From Candidatus Limnocylindria bacterium (GTDB taxonomy: Bacteria; Chloroflexota; Limnocylindria; QHBO01), in the NCBI GenBank assembly GCA_036258735.1, contig DATADC010000008.1:1-63373 (forward strand): 63,373 nt of DNA. Reading direction: 5' to 3'. This document shows positions 26,841 through 36,778 of the stretch, piece after piece. The notes under the pieces were generated by a model that saw only the letters and a program-made list of their open reading frames with translations, was not told where the DNA came from and did no database searches. A program made the position numbers and the translations under genes. Numbering within the stretch: position 1 is the first letter of the stretch; the number at the start of each line of letters is the position of its first letter.

Positions 26841-27875
26841 GTGGACATCAGGACCGAGTTTAACGACCTCCTCGGCGACATCGAGGACGAGATGCGGGAC
26901 GTCCTGCGCCAGGGCCACGACCACGCCCGTCCCCTGTACGAGATGCTCTCCTACCACCTCGGCCTCGACCAGACCGATGGCGTCCGCGGCAAGCGCATGC
27001 GTCCGCTGCTGGGCCTGCTGGCCTACCAGTCCCTGTCGGGCGACTACAGGCGGGCGCTGCCCGGCGCCGCCGCGGTGGAGCTGGGACACAACTTCAGCCT
27101 GGTCCACGACGACATCGAGGACGCGGACCGTGAGCGGCGGCATCGGCCCACCCTGTGGGCCATCTGGGGCATCCCGCTGGCCATCAACGCCGGCGACGCG
27201 CTGTTCGCGCTGAGCCGGCTGGCGTTGTATCGGTTCATGGAGGACCCGGAATACGAGCCGGGCCGGCTGCTGGACATGATGCGCATCTACGACGAGACCT
27301 GCCTGGCCCTGTGCGAGGGGCAGTTCCTGGACATCAGCTTCGAGCGGCGCACCGACGTCACCGTGGACGAGTACATGGAGATGATCGGCCGCAAGACCGC
27401 CGCGCTGGTGGCCGCCTCGGTGCAGGCCGGCGCAATGATGGCCACCGACGATACCGACGTCGTCGACGCCTACCGCCGCTTCGGCTACACCCTCGGCCTG
27501 GCCTTCCAGATGGCCGATGACGTGAAGGGCAGCTTTTGGACCTCGGCCGCTTCGGGCAAGCCGGAGGCCGGCGATATCCGCAAGCGCAAGAAGACGCTCC
27601 CGCTGGTGTGGGCGCTCCAGAATGCCTCCGACGCCGATGTGGCCCGCCTGCGCGAGATCTACGCGCCGAAGGCCGGGACATCCGATGGACCGATGAGCCC
27701 CGATCTCGTGGACGAGGTGCTGGCCATCCTGGAACGCGCCGGAGCGCGCGACTTCGCGCTCGGCGAGGCGCGCCGCTACCGGGACCTGGCCCTGGCCGGC
27801 GTGGCGGAGCTCCCGGCCGCGGAGCAACCTCGCGCCGAGCTCGAGGCGCTGGTCCAGTCCGTCATCGCGCTGTAA
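26841..27875 (+). CDS. trans-polyprenyl diphosphate synthase (chain length not assignable)
   Basis: [49 protein letters not shown] 26841 (no clear SD) or ATG 26892 (GAGGA SD). Confidence 0.85.
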   Translation: MDIRTEFNDLLGDIEDEMRDVLRQGHDHARPLYEMLSYHLGLDQTDGVRGKRMRPLLGLLAYQSLSGDYRRALPGAAAVELGHNFSLVHDDIEDADRERRHRPTLWAIWGIPLAINAGDALFALSRLALYRFMEDPEYEPGRLLDMMRIYDETCLALCEGQFLDISFERRTDVTVDEYMEMIGRKTAALVAASVQAGAMMATDDTDVVDAYRRFGYTLGLAFQMADDVKGSFWTSAASGKPEAGDIRKRKKTLPLVWALQNASDADVARLREIYAPKAGTSDGPMSPDLVDEVLAILERAGARDFALGEARRYRDLALAGVAELPAAEQPRAELEALVQSVIAL

Positions 27876-27908
27876 GCGCTCCGCCCTGCGACCTCGCTGG
27901 GGAGACGC

Positions 27909-29270
27909 CTACTCCGCGACACCGTTGTCAGGCTCGTCGTCGGGGCCGTTGGGGCGCGAGGCGATGACCTTGGCCACGCGGCGCGGCTCGGCCACCTCCA
28001 CGGTGAGGGTCACGTCCCCGAACAGGACCACGGTGCCGGGCAGGGGTATGCGACCCTCGCGGTGGACCACGAAGCCGCCGACGGTGTCGTAGGCCTCCTC
28101 ATCGGCCTCCTCGGCATCGGGCAGGTCGAACAGGTCGCGCAGGTCGTCCATGCTGACCCGGCCGTCCAGGCGGTAGGCGGTCTCGCCGTCGAGCTCCACC
28201 GGCTCGACCAGGGACTCCTCGGTGTCGTACTCGTCCTGGATCTCGCCCACGATCTCCTCGACCACGTCCTCCATGGTGATCAGGCCGGCCGTGCCGCCGT
28301 ACTCGTCGACCACTACCGCCAGGTGGCGCTTGGCGGCCTGCATCTCGTGCAGCAGCTCGTCCACGCGCTTGGTCTCGGGCACGTACACGGCTGGGCGGGC
28401 GAGGGTGCGGATGTTCATCTCGCCGGCTTCCTGGCCGTTGCGCTTCAGGTACGGCAGCAGGTCCTTGGCGTAGAGGATGCCGATGATGTTGTCCAGGCTC
28501 TCCTCGTAGACCGGCACGCGCGAATGGCCGGCGCGCACGATGAGGTCCAGCACCTCGTCGATGGGCGCGCTGACCTCCACGGCACGGATGCCGATACGCG
28601 GGATCATCACCTCGTGCACCTGCTTCTCGCCGAGCTCGATGACCCCGTGGATCATCTCCTTCTCGTCCTCCTCGATCCCGCCCGTCTCGGAGCCGGTCTC
28701 GACCAGCATCTTCAGCTCCTCGGTGGACAGGTACCCCGCCTGCGGCCGCTCGCGGCCGCCGAGCGCGCGGACCAGCACGTTGGACACCGATGCGACCAGC
28801 CAGACCACCGGGCGCAGGAGGGCGTCGAGCCAGCCGATGGGCCGCGCCACGAACAGCGCGAAGCGCTCCGCGAAGGTCAGCGCCAGGGTCTTGGGCACCA
28901 GCTCGCCGATGATGATCGAGGCCAGCGCGATGAGCAGCGTGACGAGCACGAAGCTGATCTCTTCCGCGGCGTTCTCCAGTGGTCTTACCAGCGCAATCAG
29001 GTCGGCCAGCGAGCCGGAAAGCGAGATGGCGCCCACCGCCGAGGCCAGGAAGCCCAGGAAGGTGATGGCGATCTGGATAGTGGCCAGGAAGCGGCTGGGG
29101 TCGTCCGTCAGGCGCTGGGCCACGCGAGCCGCGCCGTTGCCCTCCACCACCAGCTGGTTGAGCCGATGGCGCTTGACGGTGATGAGCGCGATCTCGCTGG
29201 ACGCGAAGAAGCCGCCGATCAGGATGAGCCCCAGCACCGCGGCCAGGTCGAGGAACCAGTTTGGGCTCAT
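27909..29270 (-). CDS. CNNM/TlyC-family protein (DUF21 + CBS pair + CorC_HlyC)
   Basis: N-terminal DUF21 membrane domain (GGFFASSEIALITV), CBS region (VHEVMIPRIGI...GHSRVPVY) and C-terminal CorC/HlyC transporter-associated domain. Confidence 0.85.
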   Translation of the reverse strand: MSPNWFLDLAAVLGLILIGGFFASSEIALITVKRHRLNQLVVEGNGAARVAQRLTDDPSRFLATIQIAITFLGFLASAVGAISLSGSLADLIALVRPLENAAEEISFVLVTLLIALASIIIGELVPKTLALTFAERFALFVARPIGWLDALLRPVVWLVASVSNVLVRALGGRERPQAGYLSTEELKMLVETGSETGGIEEDEKEMIHGVIELGEKQVHEVMIPRIGIRAVEVSAPIDEVLDLIVRAGHSRVPVYEESLDNIIGILYAKDLLPYLKRNGQEAGEMNIRTLARPAVYVPETKRVDELLHEMQAAKRHLAVVVDEYGGTAGLITMEDVVEEIVGEIQDEYDTEESLVEPVELDGETAYRLDGRVSMDDLRDLFDLPDAEEADEEAYDTVGGFVVHREGRIPLPGTVVLFGDVTLTVEVAEPRRVAKVIASRPNGPDDEPDNGVAE

Positions 29271-29324
29271 CGGCCGGTCACGGGCGCCGGGCGCCGTTGG
29301 CCGGCGGCGCCGCTACTGCTGCCT

Positions 29325-30776
29325 TCAGGCATCGGAAGGGTCGCCAGGACCTCCCTGCTGCGGCTTCCGATCCGCGACGCGGCCCGCCGCCTGCGGGCTC
29401 TCGTCGTGCCGGCGCCGTCGGAGCTCGATCGGCCGTGCCGGCATGCCGACCACCGTCTTGCCCGGCGCCACGTCGCGCGTCACGACCGCGCCTGCGCCGG
29501 TCTTGGCGCCCGGCCCAATCGTCACCGGCGCGCGCAACATGGTGTCGACGCCGATGAAGGCGCCGTCACCGATGACGGTGGCGTACTTGCGCTCGCCGTC
29601 GAAGTTTGCGGTGACCGCCCCCGCGCCGATGTTGACCCCCTCTCCAACCTCGGCGTCGCCGAGGTAGCTGAAGTGATGCTGCTGCGTCCCGGCCCCCACC
29701 GCCGTCTTCTTGAGCTCGGCGTAGTTGCCGATTCGCGACCGCGGCCCGATGCGACAGCCCGGCCGCACGTGGCTGTACGGACCGATCTGCACGTCCTCGG
29801 CCACCTCCGACTCCTCGATCACGCTGGCCCACACGCTGGATCGCGGGCCGATGCGCGAGTCGCGCACCTGGGCGTTGGGGCCGATGACCGCGTCCTGCGC
29901 CACCACGGTGCTCCCCGCCAGGACGGTCCACGGCTCGATACGCGCGTCCTGCCCGATCTCGACGCCGGGGTCGATGAAGGTGCTGGCCGGGTCGACGATG
30001 GTCACGCCGTTGCGCATGTGGCGCTCGGCGATAAGCGAGCGCATCAGCCGCTCGGCGGCGGCCAGCGCCACGCGGTCGTTGATGCCGGCCGTGAGCTCGG
30101 GACGCGGCGCCTCGACCACCGCCACGCGGCGGCCGCCGCCCACGGCGAGGGCCACCAGGTCGGTGAGGTAGAACTCTCCCTTGCCGGACGCGGGAACGTT
30201 GCCGACATTGGCGCGCAGCCACGCGGCCTCGAAGCAGTAGCTGCCGACATTGACCTCGTCCAGGCCGCGCGTCGGCTCGTCTGCGTCGGCCTCCTCGACG
30301 ACGGCGACGGCATTGCCCCGCGCGTCACGCACCACGCGGCCGTATCCTGCTGGATCGGCCACGCGCGCGGAAAGCAGCGCGATGGTGGCCTCTCCCTCCG
30401 CCTGCTCGCGCAGCAGCCGCTGAAACAGCTCGGCGGGCAGCAGCGGCGCGTCGCCCATGGTCACGACCACGTGTCGCACCCCGGCCGGCACGCGGCTCAG
30501 CCCACAGCGCACCGCATCGGCCGTGCCCAGCTGGGGGTCCTGGCGGACGGTGGGGACGCGGTCGCCGAGGACCGCTTCGACCGCATCGGCCCCATAGCCG
30601 GTGACCACCACACGATGCTCAATGCCGGCAACGGCCAGGGCGTCGAGGACGTGCGAGAGCATTGGGCGACCGGCGAGCGGATGGAGCACCTTGGGGACCC
30701 GCGAGCGCATGCGCGTCCCGTGGCCGGCGGCCAGGACGATGGCCGCGGATGCTTGCAACTGGGGTTGGCTCCTCAC
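29325..30776 (-). CDS. glmU: bifunctional UDP-GlcNAc pyrophosphorylase / GlcN-1-P N-acetyltransferase
   Basis: IVLAAGHGTRMRSRVPKVLHPLAGRPML N-terminal nucleotidyltransferase and a C-terminal left-handed beta-helix of hexapeptide repeats. Confidence 0.9.
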   Translation of the reverse strand: MRSQPQLQASAAIVLAAGHGTRMRSRVPKVLHPLAGRPMLSHVLDALAVAGIEHRVVVTGYGADAVEAVLGDRVPTVRQDPQLGTADAVRCGLSRVPAGVRHVVVTMGDAPLLPAELFQRLLREQAEGEATIALLSARVADPAGYGRVVRDARGNAVAVVEEADADEPTRGLDEVNVGSYCFEAAWLRANVGNVPASGKGEFYLTDLVALAVGGGRRVAVVEAPRPELTAGINDRVALAAAERLMRSLIAERHMRNGVTIVDPASTFIDPGVEIGQDARIEPWTVLAGSTVVAQDAVIGPNAQVRDSRIGPRSSVWASVIEESEVAEDVQIGPYSHVRPGCRIGPRSRIGNYAELKKTAVGAGTQQHHFSYLGDAEVGEGVNIGAGAVTANFDGERKYATVIGDGAFIGVDTMLRAPVTIGPGAKTGAGAVVTRDVAPGKTVVGMPARPIELRRRRHDESPQAAGRVADRKPQQGGPGDPSDA

Positions 30777-30832
30777 GGGGGCGGCAAGTGGCGCCGATGG
30801 TATGCGTGGCGCGCGAGCACGGTCAAACGGGC

Positions 30833-31222
30833 TCAGGCCCCGTCGCCGGCCAGCGCGATGGCCTCGATCTCGACCAGCGCCCCCTTCGGCAGCGCGGCCA
30901 CCGCAACCGTGGAGCGCGCGGGGTAGGGCGGCGAAAAGTGGCGCGCGTAGATCTCGTTGACCGCCGCGAAGTCGTCCATGTCGGTGAGGAAGACCGTCGT
31001 CTTGACGACGCGCTCGGGGGTCGTGCCGGCGGCGTCCAGCACCGCGGTCAGGTTTCGGAGCACGCGCTCGGCCTGCCCTGCCACGCCGCCGTCCACCAGC
31101 TCGCCGGTGGCCGGGTCGATGCCGACCTGTCCGGCCGTCAGCACCAGCTCGCCGCTCCGGATGGCCTGGCTGTAGGGGCCGATCGCGGCCGGGGCGAGGT
31201 TGGTCTTGACCACGGTGCGCAC
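30833..31222 (-). CDS. ridA: RidA/YjgF-family reactive-intermediate deaminase
   Basis: APAAIGPYSQAI...LVLTAGQVGIDPATGELV...VVKTTVFLTDMDDFAAVNEIY...PARSTVAVAALPKGALVEIEAIA. Confidence 0.85.
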   Translation of the reverse strand: MRTVVKTNLAPAAIGPYSQAIRSGELVLTAGQVGIDPATGELVDGGVAGQAERVLRNLTAVLDAAGTTPERVVKTTVFLTDMDDFAAVNEIYARHFSPPYPARSTVAVAALPKGALVEIEAIALAGDGA

Positions 31223-31226
31223 CGCC

Positions 31227-32078
31227 CTACCCTCCTTCCTCGTCGTTCACGGGCTCGATCGTAGCCGGTTCGCGCCGCAGCCGGGTGCGCGTGGCCCGCA
31301 CCCCGTTCGACACCAGGCGGGCGGCAGCCGCGTCGGCTCGCTCGGCGTCGTCCGTGCGGGCGAAGAGGGTCGGGCCCGAACCGGTGAGCTGTGGCCGAAG
31401 GCCGGTCGCCGCGAGCTCGTCGGCGATGCGGTCGAGCTCGGGGCGCAGCCGGCGGGCGGGACGCATCAGGTCGTTGCCTTCGGCGTCCGCGGCACTCCAG
31501 TCGCTCGGTCGGAGCTCGGCGTACACCGCGGCAGTGGACAGCGAGAACGGCGGGTGCGCCAGCACGACATCATCGCCGCCGGGCGGGTGGGGCCGTGGCG
31601 TCACGGCCTCGCCGATACCGGCCACCGCGGCCGCGGGAACGGCGGCAGCGAAGAACGGCACGTCCGCCCCGATCTCGGCGAGCCGGCGCAGGGTTTCCTC
31701 GTCGGGCGTGACGTCCTGCGGGTCGCCGCGCCAGCAGCGGCCGAGCCGCCAGGCGGCCGCCGCGTCCGATGACCCGCCGCCCAGGCCCGCCGCGGTCGGG
31801 ATCCGCTTCTCGAGCGCCAGGCAGGCGAGCTGCGGCTCCTCCCCCAACCCGGCCACCAGCCCGCGCCAAGCGAGGTTGGCGCTGGGGCTGCGTGGAACAT
31901 CCTCGTCGAAGGCGGCCTCGACCCGCAGCCCGCTGCACCCGGGCATGATCAGCAGGCGGTCGGCCAGCTCCAGCAGGACCATCTCGCTGATCAGCTCGTG
32001 GTACCCGTTCGGGCGCCGGCCGACGACGTGGAGCCAAAGGTTGAGCTTGGCCGGTGCGTCCAGGCGGAGCGGGGTCAC
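31227..32078 (-). CDS. ispE: 4-diphosphocytidyl-2-C-methyl-D-erythritol kinase
   Basis: APAKLNLWLHVVGRRPNGYHEL and GHMP motif IPTAAGLGGGSSDAAAA. GTG 32078 overlaps the rsmA stop (GTGA). Confidence 0.85.
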   Translation of the reverse strand: MTPLRLDAPAKLNLWLHVVGRRPNGYHELISEMVLLELADRLLIMPGCSGLRVEAAFDEDVPRSPSANLAWRGLVAGLGEEPQLACLALEKRIPTAAGLGGGSSDAAAAWRLGRCWRGDPQDVTPDEETLRRLAEIGADVPFFAAAVPAAAVAGIGEAVTPRPHPPGGDDVVLAHPPFSLSTAAVYAELRPSDWSAADAEGNDLMRPARRLRPELDRIADELAATGLRPQLTGSGPTLFARTDDAERADAAAARLVSNGVRATRTRLRREPATIEPVNDEEGG

Positions 32079-32986
32079 GGCGCTGCCTCCAGCGGCCGGC
32101 GGCCACGCCGGTCCGCGCCCAGCCGCGGAGCGAGGTGCGCCGCCAGGCGTGCCCACTCGTCGACGGATAGGGTTTGCGGCCGGCGCTCGGGGTCAATGCC
32201 GCAGGCCTTGAGCGCCTCGTCCAGCGCGCCAGGCGGCAGCGGCAGCTCCCGGCCGAGCCCGTTATGCAGCTGTTTGCGCCTCTGCCTGAACCCGGCCTGC
32301 ACGATCCGGTAGAACGGCTCGCGCCCCGGGCCGGGGGGCACCGGCGGATCGGCGCGACGCCGCAGCCGCAGCACCGCGGAATCGACTTTGGGAGCCGGCT
32401 CGAACGCCTCGGCCGGTACGCGCGCCACGACCTCGGCGAGCGTGACGTTCTGGACGAAGACCGACAGGTAGCTCATCCGGCCCGGCGGCGAGGCTACGCG
32501 CTCGGCGACCTCCAGCTGCACGAGCAGGACGGCAACCTGTGGCGCCCGGTCACCCTCCAGGAAGGCGTGCAGCAGCGGGCTGGTGATGTGGTACGGGATG
32601 TTGGCGACCAGCCGGTAGTCGTGGCCGGCGAACAGCTGGTCGGGCCGCAGCTCGAGGGCGTCGGCCTCGATCAGCTCGAAGCTCGGGACGCCGTGCAGCT
32701 CACGGCGCAGGAACGCCGCCAGCCGCGCGTCCAGCTCGACCGCCATGACCGATGCGCCCGCCGCCAGCAGCCGCCGGGTCAGCACGCCGAGCCCGGGTCC
32801 CACCTCGACCACTCGGTCACCAGGTGCGAGCTCGGCAGCCGCCACGATGGCGTCGAGCGCGGCGGCATCGGTCAGGAAGTTCTGGGACAGGCTGCGACGC
32901 GGACGCAGGCGTTCGGCGGCAAGCAGGCGGCGAAGCTGCCCCGGCGTCGGTGGCGCCAGGCGGTCCGGCGCCAGCGGATCGGTCAT
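32075..32986 (-). CDS. rsmA: 16S rRNA (adenine1518/1519-N6)-dimethyltransferase
   Basis: RRSLSQNFLTDAAALDAIV...VVEVGPGLGVLTRRLL...LVANIPYHITSPLL. Confidence 0.9.
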   Translation of the reverse strand: MTDPLAPDRLAPPTPGQLRRLLAAERLRPRRSLSQNFLTDAAALDAIVAAAELAPGDRVVEVGPGLGVLTRRLLAAGASVMAVELDARLAAFLRRELHGVPSFELIEADALELRPDQLFAGHDYRLVANIPYHITSPLLHAFLEGDRAPQVAVLLVQLEVAERVASPPGRMSYLSVFVQNVTLAEVVARVPAEAFEPAPKVDSAVLRLRRRADPPVPPGPGREPFYRIVQAGFRQRRKQLHNGLGRELPLPPGALDEALKACGIDPERRPQTLSVDEWARLAAHLAPRLGADRRGRRPLEAAP

Positions 32987-34026
32987 CGGTCGAGCCAGGG
33001 CAGGGCCAGGTTGGGGATCGCCTCCAGATCGGGGCCCGCCCGGTCGCCTGCCGCGTAGCGGAAGCCGGCCGCGGCGCCGATCATGGCGCCGTTGTCAGTG
33101 CACCACTCCGGCGGCGGTACGAGCAGCGGCAAACCGAGCGGGTCGATGCGGCGGCGAAGCTCGGCGCGGAGGGCGCGGTTGGCAGCGACGCCCCCGCCGA
33201 GGGCCACGGCGGCCACGCCGAAGTCCTGGGCAGCGGCGGCGGTCTTGGTAACGAGCGCGTCGACGACCGCCTCCTCGAAGGCGGCCGCCAGGGCGTCGAC
33301 CGGAATCGGCTCGCCGCGCTCGCGGTAGCCCGCCACCTCGCGCAGCACCGCAGTCTTCAGCCCGGAGAACGAGAAGTCGTACGGGCCGTCGGTGCGCGCC
33401 CGCGGAAAGCGCGTGGCCGGCTTCGCGCCCGCGGCTGCCGCGGAGACGGCCGGCCCGCCCGGGTAGGGCAGGCCCAGCAGGCGCCCGACCTTGTCGAAGG
33501 CCTCGCCGGCAGCGTCGTCCGCCGTCTGTCCCAGCAGCCGATATCGCCCGTGGTCCCCCATCAGCACCAGCTGCGTATGGCCGCCGCTGACGACCAGGCA
33601 CAGCAGCGGGAACGGCGGCTCGTCCGGCTCCGGTTCGCCGCGCCGCGCCTCGGTGAGCCAGTTGGCGTAGATATGGCCCTCGATGTGGTTGACACCGACC
33701 AGCGGGAGTCCGCGGGCTTCGGCCACTGCCTTGGCGGCATTGACGCCCACCAGCAGCGAGCCTATGAGCCCGGGCCCGTAGGTGACGGCCACCGCGTCGA
33801 GGTCCGACCAGTCCACCGCTGCCTGTGCCATCGCCGCGCGCAGCGTCGGAACGATCCAGCGCAGCTGCTGGCGCGCCGCCACCTCCGGCACGATGCCGCC
33901 CGTCTGCGCGTGGAGCGCGATCTGGGTCGCCACCTGGTTGGCCTCGACCCGGCGCCCGCCGCTGACGACGGCAACCCCCGTTTCGTCGCAGCTGGTCTCG
34001 ATCGCAAGGATGCGCGGTCCGGTCAC
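32983..34026 (-). CDS. tsaD: tRNA N6-adenosine threonylcarbamoyltransferase
   Basis: ILAIETSCDETGVAVV...VAVTYGPGLIGSLLVGVNAAKAVA...VGVNHIEGHI. GTG 34026 overlaps the rimI stop (GTGA). Confidence 0.9.
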   Translation of the reverse strand: MTGPRILAIETSCDETGVAVVSGGRRVEANQVATQIALHAQTGGIVPEVAARQQLRWIVPTLRAAMAQAAVDWSDLDAVAVTYGPGLIGSLLVGVNAAKAVAEARGLPLVGVNHIEGHIYANWLTEARRGEPEPDEPPFPLLCLVVSGGHTQLVLMGDHGRYRLLGQTADDAAGEAFDKVGRLLGLPYPGGPAVSAAAAGAKPATRFPRARTDGPYDFSFSGLKTAVLREVAGYRERGEPIPVDALAAAFEEAVVDALVTKTAAAAQDFGVAAVALGGGVAANRALRAELRRRIDPLGLPLLVPPPEWCTDNGAMIGAAAGFRYAAGDRAGPDLEAIPNLALPWLDR

Positions 34027-34559
34027 CGCTCGGCCTCGTCCGTGACGAGGCTTCGCGCGCGGGCCAGCACGGAGCGCATCCCCGGCTCGGCCAGCGGCGG
34101 CGTGCTCATGACCAGGGCGTCCTCGCCGTCGTCGGAGTAGTAGTGCGGGCGGCGGCCCACCACCTCGAACCCGAACTCGCGATACAGCGCCTGCGCGGGG
34201 TCGTTGCCGCTGCGGACCTCCAGCGTCAGGCGCGTCGCCCGGAGCTCGAGCGCGAGGTCCAGCAGCCGGACCATGAGGCGGCGGCCGACCCCCTGCCGGC
34301 GGAACTCGGGATGGACGGCGAAGGTCGTGATGTGGGCCTCGTCCACCATCAGCCACACGCCGGCGAAAGCGACCACCCGGTCGTCTGGCCTCGGGCCGAG
34401 CCGGGCGACCACATAGCGCGCCAGCCGGTTCCCGGTGATCTCCTGCTCGAAGGCGTACGACGGCCACGGCGTGGCGAAGCTGAGGCGCTCCACCTCCTGG
34501 ACCTGCGCGATGTCGGCGGTGCGCATGTCGTCCACGGTGATCGCCAGCCCGATCGCCAT
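34023..34559 (-). CDS. rimI: ribosomal-protein-alanine N-acetyltransferase (GNAT)
   Basis: GNAT fold (VAFAGVWLMVDEAHITTFAVHPEFRRQGVGRRLM) in the canonical tsaB-rimI-tsaD position. Confidence 0.8.
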   Translation of the reverse strand: MAIGLAITVDDMRTADIAQVQEVERLSFATPWPSYAFEQEITGNRLARYVVARLGPRPDDRVVAFAGVWLMVDEAHITTFAVHPEFRRQGVGRRLMVRLLDLALELRATRLTLEVRSGNDPAQALYREFGFEVVGRRPHYYSDDGEDALVMSTPPLAEPGMRSVLARARSLVTDEAER

Positions 34560-35215
34560 CAGGACGCCCCCACGCCGTTCCTCGTCGGTCCCCCGGGTGC
34601 AATGACCTCGGCCACGCCGCGCGGCGCGCGGAGGTACGCCGGCTCCACCCGCTCCAGGTCGTCCCCTCCGGGGATGTTGCGTAGCCGCTCGGCCGCCAGG
34701 CGCGCGACCGCCGCCGCCGCGCGACGGGGCGGACGCGACGCGGCCAGCCCGAACGCCTCCGCCAGCTCGGCCGGCGCCGAAACGACGCCGCCGACAAGGT
34801 CCGCCGGCAAGGCGTGGCGGTCCACGATCTCGGCCGCGTCTGCGCCGCGGCGCAGCAGGTAGGCGTCGCGGGCGCCGGCCCTCGCCAGCGCCGCCACCGC
34901 GTCCGGCTCGGCGGCGAGCCAGGCGACCAGGCTCGGAACCCCGACCAGCGGCTTGTCCAGGGCCATGGCCAGCCCTTTGGCCAGGCTCATGCCGACCCGC
35001 AGGCCGGTGAACGAGCCGGGCCCGGTGCCGACCGCAATGGCCTCGGCGCCCGCAAGGCCGGCGCCGCGCTCGGCGGCGAGCTCCAGCAGGCGCGGCAGCA
35101 CGTCGTGCCCCTGCCGGCGGTCGGACGTCCAGCCCGCGACGGCCAGCGGCGAGCCGTCCGCCGCGGCGAGCGCCACCGACGGGTCGGTGGACGCGGTCTC
35201 GAGGGCGACGATCAC
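34559..35215 (-). CDS. tsaB: tRNA t6A biosynthesis protein TsaB
   Basis: [16 protein letters not shown]...[27 protein letters not shown] 35215 overlaps the tsaE stop (GTGA). Confidence 0.8.
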   Translation of the reverse strand: MIVALETASTDPSVALAAADGSPLAVAGWTSDRRQGHDVLPRLLELAAERGAGLAGAEAIAVGTGPGSFTGLRVGMSLAKGLAMALDKPLVGVPSLVAWLAAEPDAVAALARAGARDAYLLRRGADAAEIVDRHALPADLVGGVVSAPAELAEAFGLAASRPPRRAAAAVARLAAERLRNIPGGDDLERVEPAYLRAPRGVAEVIAPGGPTRNGVGAS

Positions 35216-35709
35216 GCTTCCAGCGCCCGCTGGGCGAGGCGCACGTGGTGCGGGCCGACGGCGCGCCAGCGGATGGTGCGGCGGTCCGCCACGGCGCCCG
35301 CGTCGAGCCCGATGTCGAGCTCGAGCCGCTCGTCGGGGAGCCACCCGGCCAGGCGGTCCGCCCACTCGACCACGGTCACGCCGTCGAGCTGCCGCTCATC
35401 CAGAAGGCCGGCGGCGTGCGCCTCCTCCGGGGCATCGAGGCGGTAGGCGTCGATGTGGAACAGCCGCAGCCGGCCGGGATGCTCATTCATCAGCACGAAG
35501 GTGGGGCTGTTGACGACGCTCGTCACGCCGAGCCCGTCGGCCACCCCCTTTGCCAGCTGTGTCTTGCCGGCGCCCAGCGGACCGACCAGGGCCAGCAGCG
35601 TGCCCGGCGCGGACGCGGCGCCCAGCGCGGCACCCACGGCGCGCGTCTCGGCCGGCGACGCGGTCTGCAGGCTGCCGGCGGCGACGGGCAACGTGGCGGA
35701 TCGATCCAT
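35212..35709 (-). CDS. tsaE: tRNA t6A biosynthesis ATPase TsaE
   Basis: [24 protein letters not shown]...[10 protein letters not shown]...HIDAYRL. ATG 35709. Confidence 0.85.
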   Translation of the reverse strand: MDRSATLPVAAGSLQTASPAETRAVGAALGAASAPGTLLALVGPLGAGKTQLAKGVADGLGVTSVVNSPTFVLMNEHPGRLRLFHIDAYRLDAPEEAHAAGLLDERQLDGVTVVEWADRLAGWLPDERLELDIGLDAGAVADRRTIRWRAVGPHHVRLAQRALEA

Positions 35710-35734
35710 GCTCAGCAAGAGGATAGGCGGACGC

Positions 35735-36778
35735 TCAGGACGCGGCTGGTCCTGCCAGGGTCGCCTCCAGGTTGGCCATCGGCACCGGCGCCAGGCGCCC
35801 GTCCTCGAACCGGACCAGGCCCATCCGGGTCGGGATGCCCGATGGCGCCGCGTGCAGCTCGTCAAGGGCGGCGACAAGCACGCCGGCGCGGCCCTGGAAC
35901 GGACGCCGGTGCGCGACCACCCGCTCGCCGACGCGCGGGAGCGTGCGTCGCGCGGGTGGCGTCGACGCGCCATGCACGAAGAGCAGGCCGTCGGCTCCGA
36001 ACAGGCTGGCGGTGCGCCCGGCGTGCGACCGAAGCCACGCGAACCGCTGGGGGTCGATGCCGACCTTGCCGAAGCCCTCAAGCAGCAGGACGCCGAACGA
36101 CCCGGTCAGGCCCCCGATCTCGCGCCGGCGCTGCTGGATGGCCTCGAAGTCGCGCAGCTCCTTGTCGAGCACGCCGCCGAGGACGATGCCGGCCACGCCC
36201 ATGGCCCTCGCCCGGGTCAGCGTCTCGGCGGACGCGCGCGAGCCGCCCACCACGATGCGCCCAGTGGCTCCGACGTCGATGGCGCCGGCGCGCAGCTCCT
36301 CCTCGGCAGCATGGACGGCGACCACCAGCTCGCCGTGTACGGCGTCGCCGGTGCCGCCCACGCCCCGCAGCACGACGCCGGGGACCTCGAGCACGATGGC
36401 TCCGGGCTCGACAGCCTGCACCTTCCCGTGGACGTGGCCGATGACCGGCTCTTCCTCGCCCAGCGGCGCGACCAGGGCGCTGCCGTCCGCGGGCGAGACC
36501 GTGAGCAGCATTCCGGTGAAGGGCATCGCCACCTCGCGCCCGTGCGCGTCCCGCGCGAGCGCCTCCCCGGCATCCAGGAGCGTACCGGGCCGCGAACGCA
36601 GGACCGCCAGCAGCTGTCCGGGTGGCCGGCCGAGCAGGTCGGTGACTCGAACGTGCCGCGCCGGCCCGGCGCGGCGTCGAATGGCCAGCACCTGCTCCGG
36701 ACGCACCTCCTCGCCGACCTCCACCACGGGCGTCGCGCCGCGCGGGATGCGAACCCGGTGGAGCGTGGCTCCGCTCAT
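35735..36778 (-). CDS. conserved-looking hypothetical soluble protein (347 aa), last gene of the 8-gene cassette
   Basis: GC3-biased ORF whose ATG overlaps the upstream stop (ATGA 36775-36778). Beta-rich N-terminus (VRIPRGATPVVEVGEEVRPEQVLAI), a Gly-rich central segment (RIVVGGSRASAETLTRARAMGVAGIVLGGV) and a small C-terminal barrel-like segment. No family recognised. Confidence 0.7.
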   Translation of the reverse strand: MSGATLHRVRIPRGATPVVEVGEEVRPEQVLAIRRRAGPARHVRVTDLLGRPPGQLLAVLRSRPGTLLDAGEALARDAHGREVAMPFTGMLLTVSPADGSALVAPLGEEEPVIGHVHGKVQAVEPGAIVLEVPGVVLRGVGGTGDAVHGELVVAVHAAEEELRAGAIDVGATGRIVVGGSRASAETLTRARAMGVAGIVLGGVLDKELRDFEAIQQRRREIGGLTGSFGVLLLEGFGKVGIDPQRFAWLRSHAGRTASLFGADGLLFVHGASTPPARRTLPRVGERVVAHRRPFQGRAGVLVAALDELHAAPSGIPTRMGLVRFEDGRLAPVPMANLEATLAGPAAS

